Shown piece after piece: positions 52,046 to 57,522 of a DNA stretch of 57,522 nt. The notes under the pieces are model-generated. The model was not told where the DNA came from, did no database searches, and worked only from the letters and a program-made list of their open reading frames with translations. The position numbers and the translations under genes were made by a program. The stretch comes from Octopus sinensis (taxonomy: Eukaryota): NCBI RefSeq assembly GCF_006345805.1, contig NW_021834330.1:1-57522 (forward strand), in the 5' to 3' direction. The first letter of the stretch is position 1. Each line of letters opens with the position of its first letter.

Positions 52046-52090
52046 CGCGCACACACACACACACACATATATACACATACATATACATAT

Positions 52091-52170
<80 letters not shown>

Positions 52171-52206
52171 ATATATATATAATATATATACATACATACA
52201 TGTGTG

Positions 52207-52480
52207 TAATGCGCATGGCTCAGTGGTTAGAGCGTCAAAATTATGATCGTGAGGTTGTGAGTTCGATTCCCGGACTGGGCTGCGTGTTGTGTTCTTGAGC
52301 AAGACACTTTATTTCACGTTGCTGCAGCTAACTTGTCACTGGTGCTAAGATGTATCTTTCTTTGCTTTTCCTTGGATAACATCAGTGGTGTTCCACAACT
52401 AACCTTGCCCGGATTTGTGCCTCGGAGGGTAACTTTCTAGGTGCAATCCCATGGTCATTCATGACTGAAGGGGGTCTCCT
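52207..52480 (+). mobile_element. tRNA-derived SINE, distinct subfamily, internally deleted
   Basis: tggctcagtggtt A-box, gagttcgattcc B-box, central ttgtgttcttgagcaagacacttta motif. Confidence 0.75.
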
Positions 52481-52519
52481 CATATATATATACATACAAA
52501 CACGCACACACACACACAC

Positions 52520-52680
52520 ATGTATACATACATATGCACCATAGGCTCTTTTCAGTTTTCGTCTGCCAAATCCACTCACAAGGCTTTGGTCGGACCGAGA
52601 CAATAGTAGAAGACACTTGCTCAAGGTGCCACGCTGTGGGACTGAGCCCGGAATCACGTGGTTGGAAAGTAAATGTCTTT
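52520..52680 (-). mobile_element. SINE family 1, 5' half
   Basis: ttcagttttcgtctgccaaatccactcacaaggctttgg...gggactgagcccggaatcacgtgg. Confidence 0.8.
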
Positions 52681-53205
52681 TTATATTTTTATATTCTTTT
52701 GTTACTATAATGAACTTGTGTATAGGAAACAGGAGAGGAAATATAATTACTTTTGGAGTTCAGACCGTACAGAATTGATAAATAACGGTTATTTAATTTC
52801 GAAAATTATACTTTCACGTTTTTTCTAATTTATATTTTCTTGTTTAATTAAAAATACATTTTCAAAAATTATAATTATATCGGATATTTATTAACTTAAT
52901 TATTTAATTACCTATTCATCATTTCATAAAATAAAATAATAATGAGATGGATAAAGACTTGCGGTTAGGCAGGACAATCACGTGTCTAAGATGGCTGCTT
53001 GAAAACTAAGAGTCGCCGAAGAAAGACACGTGACCATGCGTATTATATCGATTGGATGTCCGCTGAATCCCTTTCGCTTTTGGTCTCATTATTGATGTGG
53101 GTTAGTCATGCTGCGCAGCTTCAGTGCATTCACATGCACACATACATACGCACACACGCACACGCATACACGCACATACACATATACATACACATAAATG
53201 CTTAC

Positions 53206-53246
<41 letters not shown>

Positions 53247-53258
53247 GTGTGTGTGTGC

Positions 53259-53298
<40 letters not shown>

Positions 53299-53463
53299 GT
53301 ATATGTATATGTATATATACGTATGTAAATATATATATATATATTGTTGTATTTAGGAATGGTCATTTTGCCAGTTTAGCTAATAAATACACATGCACTA
53401 TATATTTGATGTTAATTTGCTTCAGCGTTATTTATTTTTTACATTAATCTTAATCTTATTTCG

Positions 53464-53505
53464 GCCAGAGTTCTTTCGTCACACTTCTGTGACCTCATCA
53501 GTAGT
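53464..53505 (-). ncRNA. Hammerhead-like motif
   Basis: Minus strand CTGATGA-g-GTCAC-agaagt-GTGAC-GAAA-gaac-TC; stems I and III weak. Confidence 0.4.
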
Positions 53506-53954
53506 CCTTTGCTTTCTTCTTTCTTATTTGTGTGTCTCTCCTTACTAACGGTCAGCCATTTTTTATTTTGTATTTCTATTGTATGTGTCTTCATTTGCGC
53601 ATGCGTATATCTCTATGTGTGTCTATGTTTAATTTAGTGTGTGTCTGTGGGGAAGTGTCTGTAATATTTGTATCTCCTGTTTATACACGTTCGTGTAATT
53701 TGTTTTTGTTTATTTTTATTTTGTTCATGTGTTTACACCTACTTATTATTATTATTATTATTTTTTTTTTTTTTCTGGTTGTATTTAGTTAAATTTTTTT
53801 AATGTATATAGTTATTTACTTCCATTTGTTTATTTATCTGTGTATTTTATTATGTTTTTAGTTTTGTTTATATTGTTACCAAAAATATATATTTGAATAT
53901 ATTTATATATATATATTTTTATATATTTGAATATTTCTAATCATACCTGATGCG

Positions 53955-53958
53955 CATT

Positions 53959-54004
<46 letters not shown>

Positions 54005-54024
54005 CATCATCATCATCATTATTA

Positions 54025-54099
<75 letters not shown>

Positions 54100-54367
54100 G
54101 GTAGTTTTATTTTCATAGCAAGCTTTCTCTTCACTACCGAGCTCAGCTCTCTCTGCCTTGGGTATAAGCTGTGGTTTGTTGTGATGCTCTGATGGTTACC
54201 GTATTGAAAGTGTTTTATTATATTATATTATTATTATTATTATTATTATTACTATTAATTATTATTATTATTATTATTATTATTATAATTATTATCAGTA
54301 CTATTATTATCATTATTATATATTATTATTACTATTATTATTATTATTATTATTATTATTATCATCC

Positions 54368-54419
<52 letters not shown>

Positions 54420-54454
54420 CATCATCATCATCATCATCATTATTATTATTATTA

Positions 54455-54486
<32 letters not shown>

Positions 54487-54495
54487 CGAGTCATT
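53955..54495. repeat. (ATC)n/(ATT)n microsatellites
   Basis: Direct reading. Confidence 0.95.
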
Positions 54496-54739
54496 AATAT
54501 TGATAATGAGGGAGATGTTGACGATTAATATCTACTTATAGTTAACACTGAGCCGTCTCCAGTTACAGAAGAACATGTCTTCATATTAAGGATGATGACA
54601 GCGTTGTATCTGCCATTTTTCCTCCTTCTTAATAACAACCATGACGACGACGACGACGACAACAACGACAACGACGATAACGACAATGCTCATCTGATTG
54701 TTAGAGGTTTTCGGATTTTTTTTTTTAACTAAAGGTGGT

Positions 54740-54990
54740 AAAAGGTGTGACACGTTGTGGCTTGTTAGTAAAATATCGGTGAGAAACTGCTTCAGGGATT
54801 CCTGATAACGAACGGTGCATTTGAAGTGGTTATGGGGAGGCACAGTGAGGGTGAGGTCAGGGAGTATAATAGAAGCACAATTAGTAAATGATGTGGGTGT
54901 GGTGCTAGTGTAGAGTGGGGTAAACGATTGTGGGACGAGATGTAACTGACGAGAGTGAATGCGAGGTGCGTGATTAAGGAAGGAGGGTTT
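54740..54990 (-). mobile_element. Possible old LINE endonuclease-RT linker remnant
   Basis: LTLTVPPHNHFKCTVRYQESLKQFLTDIL loosely resembles the L2/CR1 linker pattern; weak. Confidence 0.3.
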
Positions 54991-55149
54991 AAATGATTTG
55001 GTGACGTCATTGTCTTCTGGTTGATGAAGACAATGACTGGTGAGACGGAGAGGAATGGGGAAGTGGAGAAGAAGAGGGGGAGAGCGAGAGGGACGAGGGG
55101 AGAGGAAGGGTGGGAGGGTGAAACAGAAAATGAGAGAGAGAATTGAGAC

Positions 55150-55261
55150 AGAAAGAGACAGACAGACAGACAATCTGACAATTAGATTGATAACAGACAG
55201 GTAGATAGATTGATGGATAAACAGACACAGACAGGCAACCAGATAGATAAGAGATAGATAT

Positions 55262-55317
<56 letters not shown>

Positions 55318-55412
55318 TTATAGATAATGGATAGTTATAGATAGATAAGCAGTCACCAGACGACATATATACAGACAGACACATAGATAGACAGACAGAC
55401 AGACAGATATAT

Positions 55413-55470
<58 letters not shown>

Positions 55471-55620
55471 GAGAGAGAGAGAAGAGAGAGGAGAGAGAGG
55501 TAGATAGATAGATAGATGATAGATAGTTATAGATAGATAAATAGACAGACAGATAGATAGATAGAAAGATAGATAAATTGATAGATAGACAGAGAGACAG
55601 GCAGATAGATATACATAAAT
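55150..55620. repeat. (GATA)n/(GACA)n/(TA)n compound tract
   Basis: Direct reading. Confidence 0.9.
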
Positions 55621-55646
55621 ACATGCATGTATACATACATGTATAA

Positions 55647-55680
<34 letters not shown>

Positions 55681-56206
55681 TAAGCAGGAGAGAGAGAAAA
55701 TTTATATATATATATATATGTGTGTGTGGTGTGTGTAGATACATAAACAGACAATCAGGCATGTAATATATATACTGTAGGTGTGAATATGTGTGTGGAT
55801 ATGTGAATGTTGAGGTGTGGATATGTGTGCGTGCATGTGTGTGTATGTGTGTGTGAGCGAATGAGCGTGCTTTGCGTGTGTGTGTGTGTGTTGTGTGTGT
55901 GCGTGTGCGTGCGTGCTGTGCATGCGCGTGTGTGTTTGGGGTGTGAGTGAGCGTGCGTTTTGCTTCCATGTGTGTGTGTGTGCGTTTTGCCTCCATGTGT
56001 GTGTGTTTGCATGTGTGTGTGTATGTGCATATCTTCTGCGTGTGTGTGTGTGGTGACTTTTGCATGTATGTGTGTGCTTGGCATGTGTGTGAGTGAGCGT
56101 GTGTTTGCCTGCGTGTGTTTGTGTGTGCGCGCGCATGTGTCTGCGTGAAAAGTATCTATTATGTTGTGCTGTGGTCCTTATCGTTGGTTTCCGAAATGAA
56201 AGACGT

Positions 56207-56431
56207 TTAACCCTTTAGCATTCAGATTATTTTGTCAAATGCAATGGTTATTTATTCTCATTGTTTTGAATAATCACGTATCATCTTGTAGCTTCAAGAT
56301 TTTGATGACATGGTTGTATATTTTTAGAATTAAATTTTAGGTTAGGTGGGAAAGATGGGATCTGGCTGATTTGAGTGTAAAACAGGTAGATTATTTGGGC
56401 CAGATATGGCCAGTTTAAATGCTTTTAAAGG
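56207..56431. mobile_element. piggyBac-type MITE, degenerate right end
   Basis: ttaa-ccctttagcatt at left; aatgcttttaaagg at right. Confidence 0.45.
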
Positions 56432-56686
56432 AAACAGTAGTTTTCTTCTGATTTGGAACAATGCTGTATAAAATGCTGGTTTTATGAAGACAGGAATCGA
56501 AATAGTGTCTGAAAGTCAAAGAAGTATTTTACCCATTACGCTGCTCTGTTGTTGGTTTTGCTGTTGTTGATGTACAATGATAATGCTGACGACAGCGACG
56601 AAGACGACGAAAATGATGATGATGATGATGATGATTAAAGACATGACCGATCGCAACCTCTCTGTGTTTCTCTGATAAACAAATGC

Positions 56687-57093
56687 GGATCTTTTCGGTT
56701 TGAACGGTAGTTTTTAACATAATTTCTAGGTAACTAAAATATTTTAAACTTCGTATACTGGTAGAATGTGTTTATAAAACATCTTTTTCTCTTGGCTTTA
56801 TTCAGAAAATTCTATAGTTTGTAAGATATTTGTTTTTTTTCTTCAATTTCTGCAATTTCAACCAATCAATTACGTCTATTGAAGGTGAAAACATTCTGTG
56901 TCGTATGAATGTCTCTCGTTTAAGAAACAGATTGGGTTTATTTACATTTGTGAAGAAAAAAGATACCCTTCCCCCACCCCTAACCCTAACCCTAACCGAT
57001 AGAAATGCAATAGATAGATACTAGGGTCATAATTATGGGTGACAATTTCATATGACACCGCTAGAAAAACTGCCGTTCAAACCGAAAAGATCC
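56687..57093. mobile_element. MITE with 28-bp TIRs and 8-bp TSD (Merlin-like signature)
   Basis: ggatcttttcggtttgaacggtagtttt / aaaactgccgttcaaaccgaaaagatcc; flanks acaaatgc and acaaatac. Confidence 0.7.
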
Positions 57094-57522
57094 ACAAATA
57101 CACACGCGATGGTTGTCTACTCCTTATGCAGAATCTGACCACCTCTTGTACTGATACCTTAGTTCCATAATGGCGTCTGATGTGGGGTTTTTTAACCATA
57201 CAATGCATTGAAAAGACACCGTCATAGATTCTACATTTGATCAGGACCATCAAGATCTGCAGTTAAGTTCTGATCTTAGTGCCTTTTAAAATGTCTTTTG
57301 AGGCCTCCGTTAGATTTGCAGACCTTATAGCGTCAAATACATATATACATAGATATATACGCACACACACACATATATAGATATATATATTATATATAAT
57401 ATATATAATCCTCTCATATAATGACCTTTATGACTCATATTACTACCTCAGTCAATCTTAAATGTATATATTTGTCAATAAAACCTGTCATAAATAGCCT
57501 TTTTCTATTTTGCAATAGCATC

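Noticed and set aside
55007-56065. 352-aa minus-strand ORF
   Set aside because: Concatenated CA, TA and TCTA repeats.
56978-56997. True telomere
   Set aside because: Only three units, located inside a MITE.

Overview
Repeat-saturated, AT-rich metazoan DNA, intronic or intergenic. The SINE families and extreme microsatellite density suggest an Octopus-like coleoid cephalopod; this is recalled resemblance, not a database result. I recognise no intact protein-coding gene. The long ORFs are microsatellite artefacts or decayed transposons: CR1/L2-like, RTE and R4/Dong-like LINEs, Penelope-like (PLE) GIY-YIG remnants, Tc1/mariner fragments and several MITEs. There are about 20 copies of two tRNA-derived SINE families. 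The main signal the ORF track misses is a set of hammerhead-ribozyme (HHR) motifs from several unrelated repeat families. One (28464-28516) folds as a near-canonical type I HHR. One sits beside a perfect 151-bp inverted repeat (21842-22206). One lies in the tail of an apparent tRNA-headed SINE that has an inverted copy of its own 3' end and was later split by an R4/Dong LINE (30928-32545). A few GT-AG-bounded unique islands may be small host-gene exons, but none could be assigned. Most element boundaries are approximate and were read by eye.
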